From Geosiphon pyriformis uo1 (Eukaryota; Fungi; Glomeromycota): 64,000 nucleotides of DNA. The position numbers were made by a program, and so were the translations under genes. Under the pieces are notes generated by a model, which had not been told where the DNA came from, did no database searches, and was given only the letters and a program-made list of their open reading frames with translations. Of the stretch, positions 39,210-50,443 are shown one piece after another. The stretch covers positions 52,703-116,702 of the forward strand of contig JAAOMT010000436.1 of NCBI GenBank assembly GCA_016748015.1, read 5' to 3'. Numbering within the stretch: the first letter of the stretch is position 1; each line of letters starts with the position of its first letter.

Positions 39210-40586
39210 ATGAATACACAAAAATATCAACAACTTCAACATTATATAGATACTCAACAGTTCAAGGAGAAATTATCTCAACTGGAACAAAAGAAGATCA
39301 AACAACAATCCAAATATTTTATCACCCACCAAAATATACTTTATCAAAAAAATAGAAAAAATTCAAATCAGCCAACCAGAGTAATTACAGAACCAGAAAA
39401 GGAAACAATACTGTTCAATATGCACTCAGATCTAACTGCAGGACATTTTTATAAAGAAGCAACTATGGAAAGAACCAGAAAGAGATACTATTGGCCATCA
39501 ATGTATCCAGACATCATACAATATGTACAAAATTGTGATGCTTGTCAAAAAAGAGGAGGAACAAGACCCAGCAAATCATTAAGACCAATCAAAGTGGGAC
39601 AACCATTTGACTGCATTGGAATCGATTTAGTCGGACCATTGACAATTACCAGCAGAGGCAACAGATATATTGCAGTAGTCATAAACTACCTTATAAAATG
39701 GCCAGAAGCAAAAGCAATTCAAAGAGCAGATGCAGAATCCATTGCCGAATTTGTCCATCAAGATTTGATTTGTCGACATAGATGTTCAAAAGAATTATTA
39801 TCAGACCAAGGAACCTATTTTGTGAATAAAACATTAGCAGAACTAAGCCAAAGATTCGGAATTAAGAGACCACTATCATCACCATACCATCCACAAACCA
39901 ATAGATTAGTTGAAAGATTTAATAGAACATTATGTGAAGCAATAGTGAAACTCAGCCAAGAAAACCAAGACAAATGGGATTTGTTTATATCATCTATACT
40001 ATTGGCTTATCAGACAATGAAGCAAGACACTACATAAGCAACACCATTTGAATTAGTATACAGTAGAACAGCAACACTACCAGTCGAGATAGAAGTTAAC
40101 ACTTATTCAACAGAACCAATAACTGTAGACAATTTTTAGGAAACATTACTAAGAAGAACATATGATTTGATGGAAACTCTAGAAAACAAGTGACAAAGAG
40201 CAGCTGATAACATTAAAAAGGCACAAGAAAAACAAAAAGAAAGGCATGATAACCAACTACCAGACAAACCAGTTGAATTCAAGATTGGAGACAAAGTATT
40301 TTTACATCATACTAAAGCAGAAAAACAATGGAGTGGGAAATTTGACCCCAAATAGAATGGACCATTTTACATAGAAAAAATTCTAAGAAATGGAGCTTAC
40401 AAATTAAGACTGGACAACAGAATCTTAGCCAAAGCAGCACATGGTGATTGACTGAAACCATATCACCAGATAGCATTAGCATCTACCAATAACATTTCAC
40501 AACTGGGAGTACAAAGAATACTAGTTCAACCAGATGAGATTCCACAAGACTGGGAACCAATCATAATCATTAGACCAAACACATAA
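39210..40586 (+). pseudogene. Integrase of A, separate 459-codon ORF with in-frame stops after 40037
   Basis: MHSDLTAGH...CDAC; D(GIDLV), D(SDQG), E(VERF); FKIGDKV...GPF...GAYKL; no chromodomain seen. Confidence 0.93.
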
Positions 40587-40615
40587 AATTGAACAACAAA
40601 AGAGTATATAAAGAC

Positions 40616-41275
40616 ATGGTCAACACGACAAAAGATACCAGAAAAATGAAAATAACCAACAACATTCACTCACTAGCACAACAACTCTTTCAATTGATCC
40701 AACACCAAGAAATGGAAATTACAATCAATCAACAAACCATTTGTTACAAAAATATGGCAAAGATACTACAACACAAAGCACAGAAAAGACTTGAAAATGT
40801 TGTTAACAAAATCATAACCAAGATAAAATTGGCCATAAATAAACAACAAATAGTCAGATTATACCAAAACCTTACCAGAGAAACTTAGACTTAGTGGATG
40901 CAACAATTTCCAAAAAACTATTGTTATTTCTACTTGGGACAATACATAAATATCCAGAATTTGTACACCAACAAAACGAAATGGTTATTTGACACAACAA
41001 TACTGAGACAACTAGAACAATTTATGGAAAATAACAATCTAACCACACAAGCTTGAGCCATCTACTGGCTATATATGGAATTTCAGGATCGACCAGAAAT
41101 TTTACTCAATACAGCCATGGATACAATTACGAGTAATCAATTGGGAAAAATGACCAATGCCCAATTTGAAGAACTACAAACTAAAATAACACAAATTATA
41201 CTTGAAAAAGAAGTTCAAGAAATAATTCAAGAAGGGAAATTAAAGAAATTAGATTTCGACAGAGCTCAATATTAA
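40616..41275 (+). pseudogene. ORF3 of A (220 codons, unknown function)
   Basis: One frame with three internal stops (TAG, TAG, TGA); its stop overlaps the PPT. Confidence 0.87.
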
Positions 41276-41288
41276 AAGAAGAGAATAA

Positions 41289-42190
41289 TGTTATTCATAG
41301 AATATAAAAAATATAGTATTATTAGTCAGTAGATATTAGCCAATCAGATGAAGATGTAGTAAATATGGAATTCCAGGATTCCTCTCATAGGAATTGCAGG
41401 ATTTCAGGAATTTCAGGATTCTCTGACGAGAAATCGCAGGATTCCAGAATTCCAGGATTCCTCTCATTAGGAATCACAGGATTTCAGGAATTCCAGGATT
41501 TCTGTTGCAAGGAATTGAGAAATTGAGGAATCTCAATTATGTATATATAGCAGTAAGATTAGAAGCTGAAAAGACAGATCTCAGAAGTTTAGATTTCTTT
41601 AAGCAATCTTCTACATCACAAATATCAAATAAATAATTATTTACTATCTCAAATTTCTTCCCAACTATCAACATTTCTTGTTGATAATAGCACATATTTA
41701 ACCATACTGGAACAATAGCTCTTGATCATGGCTATTAATGGGATACAAATCAAAATTACCTTGGCTTATTTTCTTTATTTCATTTTTTTTTTTCTTTTTT
41801 TTCTTTTTTTTTCTTTTCTTGTGTTGTTTTGTTGTTGTATACTAATTGATTAAGGATTAGAAGTGCTGAGTTATTAATGTCACGAATAGTCTGGTAAAAG
41901 ACCCAGAAATAAGGATAGAATTTTATATATTATCAGATAGCTTACCAGAAGGGCATGACTACCAGACTAAATCTGGCCTCCACGCTGAGAAAGAAATTTA
42001 ATGGAATTGTGATTCTGAAGACTATTACAAATATAGTTGAATCTCTGTCCATTATACAAAAAACTCCACCAAAATCCTTCAGATTGTATAAGACTTTCAG
42101 ATTACCAACATTAACAGAAATCAATAGCTTTTGAGCACTAAGTTATGGGTTTGTTATTTATTCTTACACCAGAAATAATCACTTGTAACA
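41289..42190 (+). repeat. 3' LTR of A (902 bp); PPT at 41274-41288
   Basis: TGTTA...GTAACA termini; GGAATTCC/GGATTCC array at 41366-41530. Confidence 0.93.
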
Positions 42191-42310
42191 ACGTTATTCT
42201 ATGTTATCCTGTGTTATAACACATTATCTTATGTTATAATGCATTATCCTATGTTATAATGTGTTATCCAATGTTATAACATGTTATCCAATGTTATTGC
42301 ACACTATTCT
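42191..42310. repeat. ~20-bp minisatellite (TGTTATCC.ATGTTATAACA-like)
   Basis: About 5-6 degenerate units seen directly. Confidence 0.8.
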
Positions 42311-44499
42311 GTGTCCCTTCACATTTCGTCACATTTTTTTTCAGGTTACGTTTTTTTTTCTTTCTTTAATAGGCTTTCTTTTTTTAAGTAATAATGTTTT
42401 TGTAAATAATACTATTTGAATCAACAATAGTTATGCTATTATATAATATACTCTAAATATAATTAGTAAATTTTTTAAAATTAGTAATATTTTTATTAAC
42501 AATAATAAAACTGTAATTATTTTTATTAACAAATATATTATTAATAATAATTTGCTTATTAATAATATGCTAATTGTAATTGTAAAAAAATAAATAAATT
42601 GTTGACTAAAAATTTTTTGATTTATATATAGTTTGTTTAAACTTAGCATATTTAAAATCTATTTAAATGTAAAATTTTTTGCAAATATAGTTTTAAAAAA
42701 AACAATCTTTAATAACCAATTTTTGTATTTAGTTTTTGCTTTGTTTTAATTAATTATTAATTATAAATTACAGTTTGATTATATTTTAAAAAATATGTGC
42801 TAAAAATAGAATATAATAATATGTAAAAATTTGAGATATAAGACAAATTTTTTTAAGAACTTTTTAAATAAAACTTTGTATTAATTACTGTTATATAGTT
42901 TTAAGTTATTTAAACAGATTTAGACTAAAAACAAAATAATATTTTTGGTTTTTTTTCAAAAATGTTTAGTATTATTAATGAATTTTTTAAATATAAATTT
43001 ATGAATTTCCAGATTTTTAAGTTAGGTTTTGTTAAACTTTTTGCAATATTTTATTAAATGTTAATCTAATCAATAATTTTTTGACAAATATAGTTAAGAT
43101 TATATTAAAATACAGTATATTATTAGTTTGTTTTATTTTTTTAATGTTTTTGAACTTAAATAATATTTTTATTTAAACATTTTGAATGAAAATTTGTATT
43201 ATAATGTGGTTTATTTTTTAAAAAAATTTGGAATAGTATTCAAAAAGTAGTTATTTAATAAACAAAACAAAGTTTTTAATTGAAAACCATTTTAACAATA
43301 GAAAAAACTTAATCTTAGAAATTTAATATCTTATTAATTTATTATTATTACTTAGTTTTTTCAATAAAAATTTATTTGTAAACAGACTTTTTTTTTCAGT
43401 GTAATGTTTTTTAAAATAGTATTTTAAATTTTAATAACTTGTTAGTAATTAGAAAAAGCTTAACAAAAATACAATTACTAATTATTAATGTTTTTATAAA
43501 TAATTTATTGAAAAAATTAACATTTTGTGATATTATTTATGGAATTGCTACATATTTTAATGATTTGAATTTGAATATTAACATTTAAGTTTCTGAATTG
43601 ATATTATTAATACTTATCAAACTACAGACTATTGTTTTGGCTTTTAATTATATTTTTTTAATATTATTACTATTTATTTAGACAATTAAACTATTAATAT
43701 TTGTATTTTAAAGCTTAATTTATGTAAATTTGATATTTGTAATAACTATTAGATTAAAAAAAAACAGATTTCTAATTTTATTTACAATAAAAATATTTTA
43801 GTAATATAATTTAAGATTAAGTATATCTAATAATATAATTGCTAATAAATTGATTTGTATTACTATTTTATTTTTATTTTTCTTTCTGTTTTAATTAAGA
43901 AATATTATTTTCAAGTCAAAAATATAACTATATTAAGCAATATTTATCATTTTATTTATCAAATTTATAAGTTAATTAAAAGTATTAAGTAAAAAATTAG
44001 TTCTAATAAAGATATAATTTCTTATAATATAATTAGTAAAGTTAATTAGTATTATATATTAACTATATAACAACTTAATTCAAATATAAACTCAAGTTTT
44101 ACCAATAATTATACTGGTAATTTATGTATATATATTATAAAAACTATTTATAAAAAACTTTTTATTGTTATTTAAAAATAGTTATATAATAAGTAATACT
44201 TTAAAATAATTTAATTTTATTATAGTAAAATAAAGTAAAGTAAAGTTTTTAGATCATGTTTTTACATGTAATTTAGATATTGTTACTTGTTTGAAGCTAT
44301 TAAAAAAAGTTTCAAAATTTTGGGTTTATAAGATAAGAGTATTAGTTTTATCATTTTTAATAATATAGTTTTTAATTTTGTGTATTTTAATTGATATAAA
44401 ATAAAATATTAATTTTATTTAATTTTTTAATATTTATATTAGTTAAATTATAATTATATTAATTATAATATTTAATTTAAATTTAGTTATAAACAATAA

Positions 44500-44730
44500 T
44501 TTTTATTTATTTATTTATTTTTTCCTTTTAATAAGTGAAGTCCAAATATAGCCTAGTACTATACATTACATATATAATCTAAACTAAGTGCAAATCATGT
44601 ATTTGCTACACGTGACCAGCCACTCAGGCCAATCAAGACAACACTAGGCATCTATATGAACAGAGACCATGTCCTCAATACCTGAAAAAAACAGACAAGA
44701 CTTACGAAACCCAAAACTAACACCAAACAC
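44500..44730 (-). mobile_element. ~230-bp 3'-end fragment of a LINE-1-related element
   Basis: Homologous to 6120-6300 (CAAGACAACACTA...GAAACCCAAAACTAAC), with a (TTTA)n tail. Confidence 0.8.
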
Positions 44731-45109
44731 TATTTATTTAAATAATAATAGTAATAATATATTTATTAAAATTGGTTTTAATTAATTATTATTAATTTTA
44801 AAATTAAAACAAATTATATTTTTAATTAAATAAAAATACTATTAATTTTATTAATTAAAAAAAATTTTTTTTTCAATAAATAATTATTACTTTAATATTT
44901 AATAAAAATTATAAATTTGTATTTCAAGTTTTATATGTAAAATATTATAATTGAAATTATTAAAATTATATTATATTATATTTTTTTATTAGAAGTTTTA
45001 CAAGTGTAGTCCAACTACTATCTAAATACATAGATCAACATAATCTAAATTAAGCATGATTCATGTCTTTTCTACACATAATCAGCCACTTAAACCAATC
45101 AAGACAGCA

Positions 45110-47458
45110 TTACATATCTAGATTTTTTACCACAGGAACATCACACAAAAAACCAAAATCTGATCTGGTTAAACATAAATACAACCCAAAACACACATAG
45201 ATACCTAACCTGAACCTAAAATCTCTAATTGTTCCAGCAGACCACAATGAAGACAAATCAGACACCAAAGAAATGGAAGAGCCATCACATGGCAAGAAAT
45301 TATATTTTTCATAATAGGACTTCAACTTAGCTGCAGGCAGCCAAATGGCAGACCTATAATTCTCAGCAAAATGATAAATGAAATTGACAATCAATGCACC
45401 CTCACTAGAATCAGCATTCAAATGGCCCAATGTGTCAACCATCCAACTCTTTAGAACAAAACTCTTAGCCAGTGCTGTGAACAAGTCTATAGAAGAAGCA
45501 GTCTCAAGCAGTAAATTAGCGACTGCATTTTTATTGACAAAAGTGCCCAACAACTCATTCCACTCCAAAGTAGCATCAGACAATAAAGTATCCCAAACAT
45601 TGACATCACAAATGCAAGAAAAAACATGATCAGAGTCCTTTACTAAACCATACTGAATACAGGCAATATTTAGATAATTCAAATTATACTTTTTTTTCCT
45701 TATGGCCATTGGCAAGCAATGATAGAGCACTTTTATGAAGTATGACCAAAGTGTTGCCGACACAGTACTAGTGTAGCCAAATCTGATCCTGCCATCAGAA
45801 TGCCAAACACAAAAAGTCTTAACTTTATCAAAGTGGCTACTAAGACTCACACTAATAATGCCACCAACACATCTGGCCTCTCAACCAACAGAGTGAACAG
45901 TATTGAATAATTTTTTGGCAACATGACAAGTATTTCCAGAAACAGATCTGCTTTCAACATTAAGAAAATGATAAGGTACCATAAGAGACAGAAAGAACCC
46001 AGAAGTGACAGCTGCATCAGCATAGAAATTGGCACATTCATTTCTAACTACACCAGAATAGCCTTTGACCTTATTCTAAGTAATTAATAAACTTTTTTTG
46101 GAAATGACATGACAGATATGTTCCTTCTCAATTCAGCATTTGTCACAAAAGTCAGGACCAGCCAAACCACTAGCAGATTTGCACAGGTCCAGTAAAGCTT
46201 GGCTGTTCATATACAAGTTAACAGATTGAGAAGCAAGCACACACTTCAAAGCAAGTGCAATAGTCTGCAGTTCTACCAGAATTGATAATAGCAACCCATC
46301 CATCTTAATTCCAACACTAGTATCTATATTCAGAAAATAGGCGGTGGCACCACCATAAGCACCCAACAAACCTAAATTCTTGATAAAACCATCTGTGTAA
46401 ATAGTTATAGAGCCCAACCCGGAATTCAGCAGATGCTCACCAACATAACCAAAGTCACAAGAAGAGTCAGTAGAAACAGAATGAGGAAACAGCAGTACAC
46501 AATTCAACAAGCCATCTTTAACAATAAATTTGGCCAAAGAAACAAACCAGATGGAAACCGGATCTCTAGGATCCAGCTTTTTCCATCTGCAAAAAGTGTT
46601 CTACATAAAATACTTGTTATGACAGTCCAAAAGCTGGTTTGCAAACACAATACCATATCTTTTAAGAGATTTCACTATGCCCAAATAAGACTCAAAACTG
46701 AGCACATCCAAGACTACAATACTATTTCTGGCCTGAAAAACATTAGGCAGATTACTGCCCAATGATAGATTACACAACTTAAGAGCACATGTTGCACCAG
46801 TCAAAAAGCAATTCACAAGATCAATCAACAACTTAATCAGAAATTTAAGAGAGTGCTGGGGCATCCAGCTAATGATCTACAACTCCATGGCTTTGTGTTT
46901 AAATAATTCACTGAGAATTCCATTAGCATTAGTGAATTTAACCAAGCCAGCTAGCAAATTCTTAGCCAGTACTTGCTTAAAAGTTTTTAAACCATATAGT
47001 TCTGGATGATACAAAGCTTTATTTGGAAAATCCTTGAGCAAATTGGCCTTAAGCTTTAAACTCTTCCTCAACATTTTGTCCCACTTCTCACATACACCTT
47101 TGGAAACACAACTAAACTGCAGTCTATAGCCAATTATAGACTGCAAAACAGCAGAAACCAAATATAAAAACTGCTTCTCAGTAATAGTCTTCCTTAAAAC
47201 CACATTTGAAAAGAACTTGATATCTGAATGAGCTTTGGCCAAACTTGGCTTTGACAAGCCATCCCTAGAAAAAAAAATTCCTAAGTATCAGTAAAACACA
47301 CCCTTTTTGGCAACAAATATCTCAAAGCCACTGATTGATAGTAAAACCTCTCTGGCTTTTTGATTAATAGAAATGACAACCATTTTGTCTGTGTTAATAG
47401 CAATATTATTGATTAAAAAAAATTTATTTACAATGTCCAAAATGTGTTGTGTAACCAC
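45110..47458 (-). pseudogene. LINE-2 ORF2 3' half (RT end, RNase H, Cys/His tail)
   Basis: Track ORFs 46877, 46133 and 45110. Confidence 0.88.
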
Positions 47459-48338
47459 TGTTACAGATAATTATTTGGGGTTTCAAAACAAATAACAAAT
47501 CCGTAATTTGGTGCTTAGTTGGTATTCTAGTGTTGATATCTGAAGGTTTTGTTGATCTGAAGATTTTGTTGTGGAGTTCTTTGTATAATGGACAGAGATT
47601 TAATAGTTGTTTTCAGTAGCCTCCTGGAATCGCAATTCTGTCAAATTTTTTTCTCAGCATGGTAGCCAGTAATCTTTCTGGTAAGCTATACTCAAATCTA
47701 TGAGTGTTCTATTCTTGTTTCACAGGTCTTTTACCAGTCCCTATGACATTTGTATTTCAGCACTTAATCTTTAATCAATTAGTTAACCAAAAAAAAATAC
47801 AAAGAAATAAAAAAAAATAAAAAAAAATAAAGAAAATAAACAACAGCAATTGCAAGTTAGTATTCTGTTAATAGCCATGATCAAGAGCTATTGTTCCAGT
47901 GTGATTAAGTATTACTTACTATCAACATGAAGTGTTGATAATGAAGAATGGATTGAGATAGTGAATAATTATTTATTGATAGTTGTGAATGAAAGGTTTG
48001 TTTAGATCAGATCTAAACTGAGAGGTCTCTAACTAAAGGATTCTGTCTTTTCTACTTCTAGCACTATTGCTATATATACATAATTGAGATTCCTCAATTC
48101 TTCAATTTTTCACATCAGGAATCTTGGAATTCCTGGAATCCTGCAATTTCTCTTGAGAAAAATCCTGGAATTCTGGAATCCTGCAATTCCTTGTATGAGA
48201 ATCTTGAAATTCTTGGAATCCTGCAATCCCTCTTGAGAGGAATTCTGAAATTCCATATTTACTATGACTACCTTTGATTGGCTAATTTACATACTAATAT
48301 ACTCTCTATATTCTATAAGTAATATTATTCCTTTCTTT

Positions 48339-49008
48339 TTAATATTGAGCTCTGTCAAAATCTCCTAAATCTTCTAACTCTAATTCTCTGTCTTTGAGTA
48401 TTTCTTGAACTTTTTTTTCGAGAATTACTTGGGTTATTTTGTTCTGTAATTTTTCAAATTGGGTGTTGGTTATTTTTCCCATTTGGTTAACTATAATGAA
48501 GTCCAATTCCAGATTAAGTAAGATTTCTGGTCTGTCTTGGAATTCTGTATGTAGCTGATAGATAGCTCTTGCTTATGTAGTCAAATTGTTTTTTCCCACA
48601 AATTGTTCTAGTTGTTACAATATTGTTGTGTTAAATAATCATTTTGTTTTGTCTGTGTATAAGTTCTGAATATTTAAGTGTTATCCCAAGTGGAAATAAC
48701 AAAAGTTTTTTGGAAATTCATGTATTCACTATTTCCAAGTTTCTTTGGTCAACTTTTAATATATGGTGACACTTATTGGTTCTTCTAATGCTAATTTTAT
48801 TTTCAGAACCATTTTATTGATAGTGTTTTCTGTTTTCTTTTGACTTTTGTATTTGGGTATTTTTCTGGTATTTCAGTATCAAATAGTTTGTTTGATTGAT
48901 AGTAATTTCTATATTCTGTTGTTGAATCAGTTGGAAAAGTTGTTGTGCTAGTGAGTGGATGTTGTCAGTAATTTTCATTTTTCTGAAGTCTTCCATCATA
49001 TTTACCAT
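48339..49008 (-). pseudogene. ORF3 of C
   Basis: MVNMMEDFRKMKITDNIHSLAQQLFQ...FDRAQY*. Confidence 0.85.
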
Positions 49009-49036
49009 GTCTTATATACTTTATTATTATTCAATT

Positions 49037-50413
49037 TTACGTGTTTGGTTCAATAATTATGATTGGTTCCAGATCTTGTGAAATCTCATCTGGTTGGACT
49101 AATATTCTCTGCACTCCTAATTGTGGAATATTACTGGTGGATGGTGACACTATATGGTAATATGGTTTCAGTCAATCACTATATGCTGCTTTGGCTAAAA
49201 TTTTGTTGTCCTATCTTAATTTATAAGCTCTATTTCCAAGAATTTCTTCTATGTGAAATAGTCTGTCCCATTTGGGGTCAAATTTTCTACTCCATTGTTT
49301 TTTCATTTTGGTATGATGTAGAAGTACTTTGTCTTCAATCTTGAATTCAACTGGTTTCTCTGGTAATTGGTTATTGTGTTTTTCTTTTTGTTTTTCTTGT
49401 GACTTTTGGATGTTGTCAGCTGCTTTTTATTGTTTGTTTTCTAGCATTTCTATCAAGTCATATGTTCTTCTTAGCAATATTTCCTAAAATTTATCTTCAG
49501 TTATTGGTTTTGTTAGATAGGTGTTGATTTCTATTTTAATTGGTAATGTTGCTGTTCTACCGTATACTAATTCAAATAGTGTTTCTTGTGTAGTGTTCTG
49601 CTTTATTGTCCAATAAGCAAATAATACTGATGATATAAACAAGTTCCATTTGTCCTGGTTTTCTTAACTAATCTTGGCAATTGCTTTACACAATGTTCTG
49701 TTAAACCTTTCAACTAACTCATTTGTTTGTGAATGGTATGGTCATAATAATAATCTTTTTATCCCATATTTTTAACTTAATTTTGTCAATGTTCTATTTA
49801 CAAAGTGAGTTCCCTGATCTGATAGTAGTTTTTTTGGACATCTGTATTGACAGATCAAATCTTAATGAACAAATTCAGCAATGGATTTTGCATCTGCTCT
49901 TTAAATGGCTTTTGCTTCTGGCTATTTAATAAGATAGTCCATGGCTATTGTAATATATCTGTTGCTTCTGCTGGTGATTGTTAATGATCCAACTAAGTCA
50001 ATTTCAATGTGATTAAATGGTTGTCTCACTTTGATTGGTCTTAATGGTTCACTGGATTTTGTTCTTCCTTTTCTCTGACAAGCATCACAATTTTGAACAT
50101 ATTGGATAATGTTTGGATACATTGATAGCCAATAGTATCTCTTTCTGGTTTTTTCTATGGTTGCTTTTTTATGAAAATGTCCTGCTGTTGGATCTGAGTA
50201 CATGTTGAATAATATTGTTTCTTTCTCTGGTTTTGTGACTACTCTGGTTGGTTGATCTGAATTTCTTCTGTTCTTCTAATAAAGTATATTTTGATGATTG
50301 ATAAAATATTTTGATTGTTGTTTTATGTTCCTTTGTTCTTGTTGAGATAATTTCTTCTTGAACAATTGGGTATTTATATAATGTTGAAGTTATTAGTATT
50401 TTTGTATATTTAT
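49037..50413 (-). pseudogene. Integrase of C, separate ORF (459 codons, start mutated to ATA)
   Basis: YSDPTAGHF, CDACQ and IDLVG motifs; same length as the A integrase. Confidence 0.88.
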
Positions 50414-50443
50414 CTTTTGTTATATTTTTGGGTTGAAATGTTT

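Larger units (their letters stand above)
12480..42190 (+). mobile_element. Ty3/gypsy (Metaviridae-like) element A, 5' LTR truncated, interrupted by D at 19164-39107
   Basis: 5' LTR remnant to 12953 matches 41820-42190. PBS, gag-PR-dUTPase-RT-RH, IN, ORF3, PPT and 3' LTR are present. Confidence 0.93.

Noticed and set aside
40616-41275. ORF3 as envelope protein
   Set aside because: Short and hydrophilic, with no visible signal peptide, furin site or TM anchor.
42400-44480. Genes or an origin in the ultra-AT-rich tract
   Set aside because: No credible ORF or motif; probably fully decayed TE sequence.
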